A DNA stretch of 64,000 nt from an uncultured Candidatus Rokubacteria bacterium (lineage in GTDB: Bacteria; Methylomirabilota; Methylomirabilia; Rokubacteriales; CSP1-6): the NCBI GenBank assembly GCA_963758635.1, contig CAVWWD010000008.1, forward strand, positions 736,001 through 800,000, written 5' to 3'. A model generated the notes under the pieces. That model was not told the origin of the DNA and made no database searches. It saw only the letters and a program-made list of their open reading frames with translations. This document shows, in pieces, positions 55,257 through 64,000 of this stretch (position 1 is the first letter of the stretch; each line of letters begins with the position of its first letter). The translations under genes and the position numbers were made by a program.

Positions 55257-55511
55257 ATGGTGATGTTCATCATCTGGTATGTGATCGTGGGGTTCATCGT
55301 GGGGCTGATCGCGCGCGCGGTGCTGCCGGGGGCGGATCACATGGGGATGATCGCCACGACCGTCGTGGGCATCGTTGGCTCGGTCATCGGCGGGCTCATC
55401 GGAGGGGTGATCAGCCGGCCCGCGTCCGGCGCGAAGGTCCATCCCGCCGGGCTCCTGATGTCGGTCGTGGGCGCGGTCGTGCTCCTGTTCCTCCTGCGCA
55501 TGCTCCGGTAG
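55257..55511 (+). CDS. GlsB/YeaQ/YmgE-family membrane protein
   Basis: IVGFIVGLIARAVLPG, GIVGSVIGG, SVVGAVVLL. Confidence 0.88.
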   Translation: MVMFIIWYVIVGFIVGLIARAVLPGADHMGMIATTVVGIVGSVIGGLIGGVISRPASGAKVHPAGLLMSVVGAVVLLFLLRMLR

Positions 55512-55646
55512 GGCCGCTTCTCGACGACGCGAGCCACTTCGCCTCCTGCGCCGCGGCCGGCCATCCCACGTGGCCGGCCGTCGCGCGCGGCGGCGGCGTC
55601 CCGCGGAAGCTCGTGTGTCTGGAGTCGTACTGGTGTCCGGTCGCGT

Positions 55647-55973
55647 TCAGGGATGCGGGCCCCAGGGCGCGGCGGTCAGGAGCTTGACCTCCTGGGACGC
55701 CAGCAGCGGCCGGAACTTCGTGGCGAAGCCTTCGATGAAGTCCCGGTTGGCATATACTGCGGCCCAGTGCGCGCGGCGATCCGCGTCGTCGTCGAACTTC
55801 CACAGATGGACGAGCTGATTGATGGTGCCGGTGTCGGCCTGGAAGTAGCCGATGAGCTTCCGATCCTGGCCGCCCTTCTGGAGCGCCGGGAAGCCCAGCT
55901 CGGTGTAGAGCTTCACGGCCTCGGCCATCTTGCCGACGTGGAGCGTGTAGGTCCGCATCTCATAGACGGTCAT
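55647..55973 (-). CDS. NIPSNAP-family protein
   Basis: YEMRTY, GTINQLVHLW, RRAHWAA. Confidence 0.88.
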   Translation of the reverse strand: MTVYEMRTYTLHVGKMAEAVKLYTELGFPALQKGGQDRKLIGYFQADTGTINQLVHLWKFDDDADRRAHWAAVYANRDFIEGFATKFRPLLASQEVKLLTAAPWGPHP

Positions 55974-56119
55974 GGGGGGTCCTTTCGAGCTGTGACCTGG
56001 CTGTGATGGTCGTCGAGATTCGCGTGAGCACGCAGGGGCGCGATGTCGCCCGCGTGGCCAGGGCTGAAGCTGCTTGAGGTGGAAAATGTAACACGTGGGA
56101 AATGTGATAGGAGGGTGAC

Positions 56120-57172
56120 ATGAAAGGCGTCGTGTTCCTCGGAGACCGGAAGCTGGAGCTCAGGGAGTTCGCGGATCCGACCCCTGGCCCGAGAGACGTG
56201 ATCCTCGAGATCAAGGCCTCGGGCATGTGCGGCAGCGACCTGCACAACTACCGCGCGCCGGCCCAGCCGGCGGGCGCGGTGACCGGCGGCATCCGGCGCC
56301 AGGCCGGCGTGATCGCGGGCCACGAGCCGTGCGGCGTGGTGGCCGCGGTGGGCGCCGGCGTCACCGAGAGGGAGGCCCGCGTCGGCGAGCGCGTGATGGA
56401 CCACCACTACGACGGCTGCGGCAACTGCAAGCACTGTCGGGCCGGCTGGACCCAGATGTGCCTCGAGGGCACGGTGGTGTACGGCTCCGGCGGGCATGGT
56501 GGCCACGCCCGGTACATGAAGGTGCCGGTGTCCACGCTGGTGGCGCTGCCGGACGCGCTGTCCTTCGTCACCGGCGCGGCGATCTCGTGCGGCACCGGCA
56601 CCGCGTGGGGCGCGCTCCGCCGGCTCAACCTGCAGGGCGGCGAGACGATCGCCATCTTCGGCCAGGGGCCGGTGGGGCTGTCGGCCACCCAGCTCGCCGT
56701 GGAGATGGGCGCGCGCGTCATCGCCCTCGACATCTCGCCGGAGCGGCGGAAGCTCGCGGGCGAGTTCGGCGCTCACCACGTGATCGACGCCGGCGAGGGG
56801 GACGTCGTGGCGGCGATCCGGGACCTGACCCACGGCGAAGGGGCGCACAAGACGCTCGACGCGTCCTCGGCGCCGGCCGCACGGGCCGCGGCCGTGCGGG
56901 CGGTGCGCTCGTGGGGCACCGCGTGCTTCGTCGGCGAGCGCGGCCAGGTGACGCTCGACGTGAGCCCGGACCTCCTGCGGCGCCAGGTGACGCTCGTCGG
57001 CTCCTGGACGTTCTCCAAGCAGGGTCAGGCCGAGTGCGCCGAGTTCGTCGCCGATCGGAAGGTGGACGTGGAGCGGCTCTTCACCCACCGCTGGACGCTC
57101 GATCAGGCCGAGGAGGCCTACAAGCTCTTCGACACGCAGACCACGGGCAAGGCGGTCATCCTGCCGTCCTGA
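56120..57172 (+). CDS. Zinc-dependent alcohol dehydrogenase (MDR)
   Basis: CGSD, GHEPCG, CGNCKHC..C, GQGPVG. Confidence 0.92.
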   Translation: MKGVVFLGDRKLELREFADPTPGPRDVILEIKASGMCGSDLHNYRAPAQPAGAVTGGIRRQAGVIAGHEPCGVVAAVGAGVTEREARVGERVMDHHYDGCGNCKHCRAGWTQMCLEGTVVYGSGGHGGHARYMKVPVSTLVALPDALSFVTGAAISCGTGTAWGALRRLNLQGGETIAIFGQGPVGLSATQLAVEMGARVIALDISPERRKLAGEFGAHHVIDAGEGDVVAAIRDLTHGEGAHKTLDASSAPAARAAAVRAVRSWGTACFVGERGQVTLDVSPDLLRRQVTLVGSWTFSKQGQAECAEFVADRKVDVERLFTHRWTLDQAEEAYKLFDTQTTGKAVILPS

Positions 57173-57376
57173 CGATCGTCGAGGGAGGCCGCGCGTCGGG
57201 CGGATCCCGCGCCACGACGAGCCGGTCACGGCAGCCCGCGCCAGCGGCGGACCCCGGAGAGGATCTGCGGGTCGTGCCAGTCCCACAGCCGCTCGGGATG
57301 CGCGTCAACGTCGCGCGGCGACCGACACCCGCTCGCTACCGGACCTCGCCGGCAGCGACCCAGAGGAGAGTGCCCG

Positions 57377-58219
57377 ATGAGCTCGAGCCGTCGACCCGTT
57401 GCCGTCGTCGTGGGCGCAACGTCCAAGTGGCAAGCGGATGGCCGCAACACGCTGCTGGCCCACGGCAAGGCCGTGGACGACCGTGACCTGCCGGTCGGCG
57501 TGCGCTGGGGCGTCGGCGGCGCCATCGCGCAGAAGTTCGCGCAGGAGGGCTTCGCGGTGGTCCTGACGACCCGCAAGGCCGCCAACGCGGCCGCGCTGGA
57601 CGAGGCGATCCGCGCGAAAGGCGGGACGAGCGTGGTCGTCGAGCTGGACCTCGTCTCGCCGGAGTCCATCGCGAAGGCCTTCGCCACGGTCCGAGAGAAG
57701 GTCGGGGACCCCGAGGTCCTCGTCTACAACGCGGGGTATCTCGAGGGGCGGGACCTGCCGCCCGACAAGGAGCTCCTCGAGCACGTCCCCGACGAGATCT
57801 TCGAGACGGCGCAGCACATCGCGAGCCGCGGCCCCTTCCTGGTGGCGAAGGAGGTCCTGCCCACGATGCGCCGGCGCGGATCGGGCTCGTTCCTCATCTC
57901 GAACAACCAGTTCTCGCTCCGGGGCCGCAAGCGCCTCACCGGGCAGTCGCTCTACTATCCGCGCGTGATGATGCGCACGCTCGCGCAGGTGCTCACGGAG
58001 GAGTATTCCGAGCACGGCGTGCACGTCGCCAACGTCATCATCGACGGCCTGATCGACTCGCCGGGGACCCGGGCCCTCCCGCGCGCCCAGCAGCACCCGG
58101 AGGCGGTGATGAACCCGGTAAAGATCGCCGAGGCGTTCTACTACCTCCATACGCAGGACCGGTCGTGCTGGACGCACGAGCTGCAGCTCACGCCCTACTC
58201 GACCAGGCCGAGCGTCTAG
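57377..58219 (+). CDS. Atypical SDR-family oxidoreductase
   Basis: GVGGAIA, LVYNAG, GVHVANVIIDGLID, WTHEL. Confidence 0.82.
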   Translation: MSSSRRPVAVVVGATSKWQADGRNTLLAHGKAVDDRDLPVGVRWGVGGAIAQKFAQEGFAVVLTTRKAANAAALDEAIRAKGGTSVVVELDLVSPESIAKAFATVREKVGDPEVLVYNAGYLEGRDLPPDKELLEHVPDEIFETAQHIASRGPFLVAKEVLPTMRRRGSGSFLISNNQFSLRGRKRLTGQSLYYPRVMMRTLAQVLTEEYSEHGVHVANVIIDGLIDSPGTRALPRAQQHPEAVMNPVKIAEAFYYLHTQDRSCWTHELQLTPYSTRPSV

Positions 58220-58263
58220 TTTAGTCGCCACGGGGCCCGGCGGGCGGCACATCGGCTGCGCAG

Positions 58264-58634
58264 ATGATCGGCGTTGCCGTCCTCGTGCTGGTGGGACCCA
58301 CCGACCAGGAGGTGGATCGGGCGGAGGACACGCTCGAGAGCCTGTGGGCGTACGAGCCCGCGGTGGGCTGGTGCGTCCTCGTCGACGACTCGGTGGACGA
58401 TCGCCGGCTGAGCCGGCGTGTGCGTTGCCCGCCGACGGCGGAAGTGGTCAGCATCCCGAATCCGCGCCGCGGACGGGGCAACGGCCTCCTCGGGGGCACC
58501 TGTGCCGGCGTTCTGTCGGCGCTGTCCTGGATCCACGCGCACGCGGATCCGCAGTTCTGCCTCAGAAGAACGACCCCACGTTCAGCGAGGAAGAGATCCG
58601 CGCGTTCTTCTCGGCGCGCCGCGCGCGCAGATGA
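58264..58634 (+). pseudogene. Internally deleted hypothetical protein (possible GT-A-like N-terminus)
   Basis: Plausible N-terminus (..TLESL..VLVDD..) joined out of frame near 58565 to a C-terminal tail (SEEEIRAFFSARRARR*). Confidence 0.4.
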
Positions 58635-58684
58635 CGCGCCGGCCCCGGGACCCGAGGACGGCCGCGGCCCGCCGGCCGCGAAGG

Positions 58685-59242
58685 CTAGGCGGGGAGCGCG
58701 GGCTCGGTGGCGTGCGCGGGGGCCTCCAACTCGTAGGTGTTCATGTTGTAGGCGAGCACCGCGTAGCAGGCGATCAGGTTGGTGAGCGTCATGACGCCGC
58801 GCTGGCCGAAACGAGCGGTGGCCGCGTCGAACGTGGGCCGGGTCACCTTGCGCGCCTGGAGCAGCTCGCGCGTGAAGTCCACAAGGATCCGCTCGTCGGC
58901 GTCGAGACCCGCGGGCGGACGCTTCTCGCGGATCGCGTCCACGACGTCGTCGCGCACGCCGGCCTGGCGGGCCGCGGCGGCGTGCGCGTACCAGATGAAG
59001 GCGCAGCCCATCTCCCGCGCCACCGAGATCATCACGAGCTCCTGGAGCCGCGGGGGCAGGCTCTCCTCGGCGCGGATGTAGGTGCGGAGCGCCTCGAGCC
59101 GTTGCGCCATCTCCGGCATGTGCAGGAGCAGCGAGTACGGCCCGACGTTCGGCCGGTTCGCCCGGCTGGCCATGAACGCGTCGTACGCGGCCTGTTCCCG
59201 GTCGGAGACCTGCTCACGAGTCGCGAGGGGTATGCGGGCCAT
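58685..59242 (-). CDS. Carboxymuconolactone decarboxylase/AhpD-like protein
   Basis: MARIP, GPYSLLLHMPE, ELVMISVARE, WYAH. Confidence 0.85.
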   Translation of the reverse strand: MARIPLATREQVSDREQAAYDAFMASRANRPNVGPYSLLLHMPEMAQRLEALRTYIRAEESLPPRLQELVMISVAREMGCAFIWYAHAAAARQAGVRDDVVDAIREKRPPAGLDADERILVDFTRELLQARKVTRPTFDAATARFGQRGVMTLTNLIACYAVLAYNMNTYELEAPAHATEPALPA

Positions 59243-59277
59243 GGAGCCTCCTTGACGGCCGTCCGCGGGCAAACGGC

Positions 59278-60153
59278 CTACATGCTGTCGAGGGCCTGCT
59301 TCATCTTGAGCGCGGCGTCGATGTGGTCGCGCGGCGAGGCGAGGCCCGAGTTCATCGTGTTCACGGAGAGGTGGGTCGCGCCGAGGTCGCGCCACTCGCG
59401 CGCCCGCTGCACCCATTCCGCGGGGCCGCCGATGGAGAGGGCGAAGCGTCCCTCGATGCCGACGGCGGACGGCGCGCGCCCGGCGGCCTGGATATAGCCG
59501 CGCAGCCGGTCCAGCGTCTGCCTGGCCTCGTCGCCGGGCTGAAACTGCGGGAACCACCCGTCGGCGACCTCGGCGAGGCGCTTGAGCACCGGCTCCACGG
59601 TGCCACCCATCCATACCGGGATCGGCCGCTGCACGGGCAGGGGGTTGATGCCGGCCCGGTCGATGTGGTGATACGCGCCGTCGAACGTGACGACGGGCTC
59701 GGTCCAGAGCTTGCGCATGACCGCGATCTGCTCGCTGACGCGCCGGCCGCGGGTGTGGAAGTCCTCGTTGAGGGCCTCGTACTCCACGTGGTTCCAGCCG
59801 ATGCCCACGCCGAGTCGCAGGCGGCCGCGCGTGAGCACGTCGACGGCGGCGGCCTGCTTGGCGACCAGCGCGGTCTGCCGCTGCGGCAGGATGATGACGC
59901 CGGTGACCAGCTCGAGCCGCTCCGTCACCGCGCCGAGGAATCCGAACAGGACGAACGGTTCGTGGAAAGCGCTCTGGTCGGTGTAGGGGGGCCGCCGGCC
60001 CAGCTTCTCGAAGCGCTCGAGCTTGCCGCCGAGCACGTGGTCGAACACGAGCAGGTGCTGATAGCCCGCGCCCTCCACGGCCTGCGCGTAGTCTCGGATC
60101 ACCGCGGGATCCGAGCCGATCTCCGTCTGCGGAAAGACCACGCCGATCTGCAT
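59278..60153 (-). CDS. LLM-class, putatively F420-dependent oxidoreductase
   Basis: GVVFPQTEIGSDP, DHVLG, FHEPFVLFG, ILPQRQTALVAKQAA. Confidence 0.9.
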   Translation of the reverse strand: MQIGVVFPQTEIGSDPAVIRDYAQAVEGAGYQHLLVFDHVLGGKLERFEKLGRRPPYTDQSAFHEPFVLFGFLGAVTERLELVTGVIILPQRQTALVAKQAAAVDVLTRGRLRLGVGIGWNHVEYEALNEDFHTRGRRVSEQIAVMRKLWTEPVVTFDGAYHHIDRAGINPLPVQRPIPVWMGGTVEPVLKRLAEVADGWFPQFQPGDEARQTLDRLRGYIQAAGRAPSAVGIEGRFALSIGGPAEWVQRAREWRDLGATHLSVNTMNSGLASPRDHIDAALKMKQALDSM

Positions 60154-60344
60154 GTGTCGTTCTCCTGTTCGTTGGAGGCTGTGCCGCACCGGCCCGCGAG
60201 CGAACGGTAGTGCGCCAGCCCCGCCCAGTCAAGCCGTCCGCCGCCGTCACCCGCAACGCGTCGGCGGGCGCTTGACAAGGCCGAACTCACCTCCCAGGAT
60301 GCGCTCCGCAGCTCCGCCTGGGCGCCGGCGAGATCCACTTCAGC

Positions 60345-60620
60345 GAGACCTCACATCCCGCCCCCACCGCGTCCAGTCACTTCGCCATCGAGATCGACGA
60401 CTGGGACGGCATGATGTCCCACCCCGGCGCGCTGGGCATTCCCCACGTCCGGACAGTCCGCGGCGAGCGTCGCCACCAACCTCGCCGGGACCGATCCGAC
60501 CCAGGGACGCCGGGACTACAGCGGGGAGCACTACACCTATCTGCACGACCGGACGGGAACATGATCGAGCTGGTCCACCACCCCTGGGGCATGGAGGAAC
60601 GCGCGCGGAAACAAGGTGAC
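60345..60620 (+). pseudogene. Degraded VOC-family gene, 3' part
   Basis: HFAIEID, RDYSGEHYTYLHD/DGNMIELVHHP across frameshifts. Confidence 0.55.
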
Positions 60621-60702
60621 CATGCCGGTCGCCGACGGCCTCCGCTGGACCCTCCGTCGGGAATTTTTTCAGATTTGCCCCCGGTAGTAACGCACCGCCT
60701 TA

Positions 60703-60748
60703 CAACCTATTGAAATCTCTGCGCTATGTCGGGTGGCATGATACCTGC
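60703..60748 (+). promoter_or_regulatory. Sigma54-type promoter with upstream IHF-like site
   Basis: TGGCATGATACCTGC (GG-N10-GC) at 60734-60748; CAACCTATTGAAA at 60703-60715. Confidence 0.65.
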
Positions 60749-60821
60749 GAAGGGGTTATCCCGTCAGTAATTATCCCGTCATTGGATGGCTAAACCCCGC
60801 CAGGGGGCTGGGAGGAGAGCA

Positions 60822-61802
60822 ATGATCGGTCTGAGACGAGCGATGATCGGTGCACTGGTGGCGGCTGCGGGGCTGCTGGCGCAGCCAGCCCAAGCCGTGC
60901 AATTCACATGGTCCCAGCACGGAGGCTTCGAGTTCGGCAGCGGCACGCTCCGGGCCGGAGGCTTCTTCGGGGCCGACCTGCCGGCGGTGGCCGGCAACGG
61001 AGGGCTCGAGTACTTCGGGCCCCAGGGCGGGAACGCTCCCGCCAACACCTACCGCACGATCGGGTGGGGCTGCCCGCCCGACGGCAACGCCGATGGGAGC
61101 GTGGACGAGGCCACCTGCGCCGGCGGCGTGTCGGCGGAGGTGTTGGCCGCCAGCGACCCCGCGACGAACGCCGCGAGGAGCTCGCTGGTCGTGGACGTGT
61201 TCAACAGCGGCGAGAGCGGCGTGCTGGACTCCGAGACGGAAGTCTGGCGGGTGATCTCGAGGATCACCCACAACAACACCGTGCTCGACAACGAGGGCAA
61301 CTTGCTCGCCACCGTGTCGATCGCCGCCAGACTCATCGTGGACGCGGTCCCGCCCGTCGACGACCCCGACACCATTCCCATCGGCTTCCTCGAGACGCTC
61401 AACGTCAGTGACTGCACCGAGACATCGGACCCGCTCGGCTCGCAGTGCGACGACGTGTTCACGTTCGCCGGCGACTTCAATGCGGTGCCGTTCTCGCACG
61501 GGGGCGAGGACTTCGCCCTCGAGTTCCGCCTGCGCCCCACCGCGGCGTGCTCGACGCCCGCGGGAAGCCAGGGCACCATCGCGATCTTCCAGTGCTTCGA
61601 CAGTCCCGACCACCGCATCGCGATCGACCTCGCCAATTTCCAGGCGTGGGCGATGGAGGGCTTCGACAGCGCCTTTCAGGTCGAGATGCGAGTGGTCGGC
61701 ACCCCGCGTACGGACGTCCCCATGCCCGCAGGAGTTGTGCTCATCGTGGCCGGAATCGCCGGCTGGGGGATTCGCGCCTGGCGCCGCCGCGGGATGGCGT
61801 GA
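60822..61802 (+). CDS. Exported protein with THxN motif and PEP-CTERM-like sorting signal
   Basis: RBS GGAGGAG, signal peptide (AQA), ITHNN, C-terminal VPMP-TM-RRR. Confidence 0.82.
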   Translation: MIGLRRAMIGALVAAAGLLAQPAQAVQFTWSQHGGFEFGSGTLRAGGFFGADLPAVAGNGGLEYFGPQGGNAPANTYRTIGWGCPPDGNADGSVDEATCAGGVSAEVLAASDPATNAARSSLVVDVFNSGESGVLDSETEVWRVISRITHNNTVLDNEGNLLATVSIAARLIVDAVPPVDDPDTIPIGFLETLNVSDCTETSDPLGSQCDDVFTFAGDFNAVPFSHGGEDFALEFRLRPTAACSTPAGSQGTIAIFQCFDSPDHRIAIDLANFQAWAMEGFDSAFQVEMRVVGTPRTDVPMPAGVVLIVAGIAGWGIRAWRRRGMA

Positions 61803-61873
61803 GCGCCGGACCACGTCGCGCGTGATCGCTCCCGGCGGCAGTCGAACTTCTTGACCCTCGCATAGCACTGAGA

Positions 61874-61907
61874 CACGGCCGGCGCCGTTCACGCGGCGCC
61901 GGCCGTG
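61874..61907. terminator. 14-bp stem hairpin between convergent genes
   Basis: CACGGCCGGCGCCG-TTCACG-CGGCGCCGGCCGTG. Confidence 0.65.
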
Positions 61908-61960
61908 AGCGCTTCGCCGAGGCGGAGGGGTTCGGGGCGGGCAGGGAGCTGCCTTCGGCT

Positions 61961-63643
61961 TCAGCCGCGCCGGCTGGCCCGCAGCACCCGGCCCGGGAGC
62001 GCGCCGGTGTGCTGGTTCCCGCTGAACACGACTTGTCCGTTCACCACGACGTGATCCACGCCCTCGGCGCGCTGGATGCGGCGCTGGGTGCCCGACGGCC
62101 CGTCGTTGGTCGCCTCGTCCTCGCCCACCCCGATGCGCGCCAGGTCGAACACCATGAGGTCGGCGGCCATGCCCTCGTGGATGAGGCCGCGGTCGGAGAG
62201 GCCGAGGATGCGGGCGGGCTGGAATGTCATGCGACGGACGGCGTCCTCCAGCGTCATCAGCTCGCGCTCGCGGACCCACTGGCTCAGCACGTAGCTGGAC
62301 TCGCCCGCCGTGCAGAAGTTCGTGTTGAGGTGCGCGCCGGCGTCGGACTGGGACGGCAGCGCGTGCCCGCGCTTGACCATGTCGGCCAGCGCAGCCTCCT
62401 CCTCGGCCGATCGCGTCCCGAGCTGGAACTCGGTGGCGAGGTCTTCCTCGAGCGCCAGGTCGAGCATCACGTCGGCCACGTGCCGGCCTGTCTGGTCGGC
62501 GATGTCCTTCAGCCCGCGGCCAAGGAGCGCGCGATTCTTATCGAGCTTCACGTGGTTGACCACGATCGAAGCCCAGGACACGTAGCGGCCGGGCACGCCG
62601 GGCCGGCGCCGCTGCCGCTGCGTCGCCGCCTCGCGGAGCGCGGCGCGCCGCTCCGGGGAGCGCAGCGCGGCCAGCTTCGCCTCATGAGGCAGGTCCATGA
62701 CGGCGTCCCAGACGTCGAGGTTCTTGAAGAACGTGGTGTGCCGGAGGGTGAAGCGCGGGTTGAAGGGGGTCGCACGTAGCAGGTTGTAGAGCTCCAGGCC
62801 GTCCTGCGCGGCCGACTCGACGAAGTCGCGGGCGTGGGCGTCGAAGCCCAGGAAGAAGACGGGCCGGCCGCTCGCGCGCGCCACGTCGCGCAGGTGCTTC
62901 TGGTCGGCCTCGTCCGGCCGGGCCACCGACGGGGGCAGGATCTCGATGACGCCGCGGTTGTAGTCGCCGAGCGTCCGGGCCAGCGCCAGGCGCTCGGCGT
63001 CGTCGGCGAGTCGGCTCGGGACGGGCGCGCCCGTTGGGCCGGCGTGGGTCGGCGAGTTCGTGGTGCTCCATCCCCAGGCGCCGGCCTCCAGCGACTCGGC
63101 GAGCAGCCGCTGCATCGCGGCGATCTCGCCGGCGGTGGCCGCCCGGTCCCACGACGCCTCGCCCATGGCGCCGAGGCGCAGCGGGTTGTGCCCGACGAGC
63201 GGCACCAGGTTGAGCCCGAGCCCCTGGTCGATGGCGTCCAGGTAGTCCCCGAAGTTCTCCCACGTCCACGGGATCACCGCGGCGAGGGACGCCACCGGCA
63301 GGTCCTCCACGCAGCAGAACGTGGCCAGCATCCCCTCGCGGTGCTCGGGCTTCAGCGGGGCAAGGGTCAACCCGCAGTTGCCCATCAGGACGGTGGTGAC
63401 GCCGTGCCAGATGGACGACGTGCAGAGCTTGTCCCAGAACGGCTGCGCGTCGTAGTGCGTGTGGGTGTCGATCATGCCGGGGGCCACGAAGCGCCCCTCC
63501 GCGTCGATCGTCGTGGCCGCCGCGCCGCGGATGCGTCCCACCTCCACGATGCGGCCGTCCCGGATCGCGACGTCCGCGCGATACCTCGGGAAGCCGGTCC
63601 CGTCGACGACCATGCCGTTCGTGATGACCAGGTCGAAGGCCAT
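61961..63643 (-). CDS. N-acyl-D-amino-acid deacylase-family amidohydrolase
   Basis: VVDGTG, PGMIDTHTHYD, GVTTVLMGNCG, SDAGAH, ADLMVFD. Confidence 0.9.
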   Translation of the reverse strand: MAFDLVITNGMVVDGTGFPRYRADVAIRDGRIVEVGRIRGAAATTIDAEGRFVAPGMIDTHTHYDAQPFWDKLCTSSIWHGVTTVLMGNCGLTLAPLKPEHREGMLATFCCVEDLPVASLAAVIPWTWENFGDYLDAIDQGLGLNLVPLVGHNPLRLGAMGEASWDRAATAGEIAAMQRLLAESLEAGAWGWSTTNSPTHAGPTGAPVPSRLADDAERLALARTLGDYNRGVIEILPPSVARPDEADQKHLRDVARASGRPVFFLGFDAHARDFVESAAQDGLELYNLLRATPFNPRFTLRHTTFFKNLDVWDAVMDLPHEAKLAALRSPERRAALREAATQRQRRRPGVPGRYVSWASIVVNHVKLDKNRALLGRGLKDIADQTGRHVADVMLDLALEEDLATEFQLGTRSAEEEAALADMVKRGHALPSQSDAGAHLNTNFCTAGESSYVLSQWVRERELMTLEDAVRRMTFQPARILGLSDRGLIHEGMAADLMVFDLARIGVGEDEATNDGPSGTQRRIQRAEGVDHVVVNGQVVFSGNQHTGALPGRVLRASRRG

Positions 63644-63785
63644 GCGCTGTCTCCTCACATGCGCGCGACGCGCGCGTCCGCGAGAACGAGGGAGAGGGGA
63701 TCCGCTGCCGAGGATAGGCCGGAACGGGGTCGCCGGACAAGACGCCACCGCGCGGTCTCGGGCTGTGAGAGCTGCAGGTCGAGGA

Positions 63786-64000
63786 TCACGCGGAGAGTGC
63801 CTGATCGCACGGCAGCTCGACATGAAGCGTCAGGCCCCTGGCGTCGTTCCGCGTGGCCCAGATGCGCCCGTCATGCGCCTCCACGATCGAGCGACTGATG
63901 GCCAGCCCCATCCCCAGCCCCTGCGGCTTCGTGCTGACGAAAGGCTCGAAGAGGCTCTCCAGCTCCGAGGGCTCGACCCCGACCCCGCTGTCACGGATCG
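63786..64000 (-). CDS. Sensor histidine kinase, C-terminal HATPase fragment (runs off the window end)
   Basis: Manual translation: RDSGVG..LFEPFVSTKPQGLGMGLAISRSIVEAHDGRIW. Confidence 0.88.
   Translation of the reverse strand, partial: IRDSGVGVEPSELESLFEPFVSTKPQGLGMGLAISRSIVEAHDGRIWATRNDARGLTLHVELPCDQALSA

Noticed and set aside
52448..55297. 949-aa ORF
   Set aside because: Only 52448..53692 is the LLM gene (own RBS); the upstream part is antisense to the hydroxylase.
60340..60546. ORF starting MQIGVVLP, resembling the neighbouring LLM start MQIGVVFP
   Set aside because: Similarity ends after 8 residues, the codons differ, and the opposite strand encodes a VOC relic; coincidence.
60786..60815. 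GGCTAAACCCC..GGGG as a c-di-GMP-I riboswitch
   Set aside because: Lacks the GNRA-loop/receptor second stem and the GCAAA junction.

Overview
Very GC-rich bacterial chromosome segment. Gene content (futalosine-type menaquinone genes, five luciferase-like oxidoreductases, class III cyclases, PEP-CTERM-type proteins) would fit a Rokubacteria-like organism, but that is inference only. 1-7.2 kb: minus-strand run of ubiD/ubiA/ubiE-like genes, queD, a fused NuoE-NuoF diaphorase and a formate dehydrogenase alpha subunit. 7.4-8.0 kb: HU, tRNA-Gln(CTG) and tRNA-Glu(CTC). From the 3' end of tRNA-Glu to about 23.5 kb lies a decayed accessory region: a serine-recombinase C-terminal relic, two complementary higBA relics, and MNT, VOC, flavoprotein, NRPS, TPR and PEP-CTERM fragments among intact catabolic genes. 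The rest is mostly metabolic (monomeric icd, ahcY with an SAH riboswitch, LLM/SDR/hydrolases). The most unusual items are a pseudokinase fused to a TIR/nucleoside-deoxyribosyltransferase-like domain (42.3-43.7 kb), an operon of two PNPOx-like genes plus a GAF-nucleotide cyclase (33.6-35.9 kb), an NCS2 permease with a degenerate HATPase-like tail, and an unannotated 32-aa membrane peptide behind a sigma54-type promoter. Several otherwise intact genes carry single frameshifts that are probably sequencing indels. All family calls come from motif recognition by eye; no searches were run.
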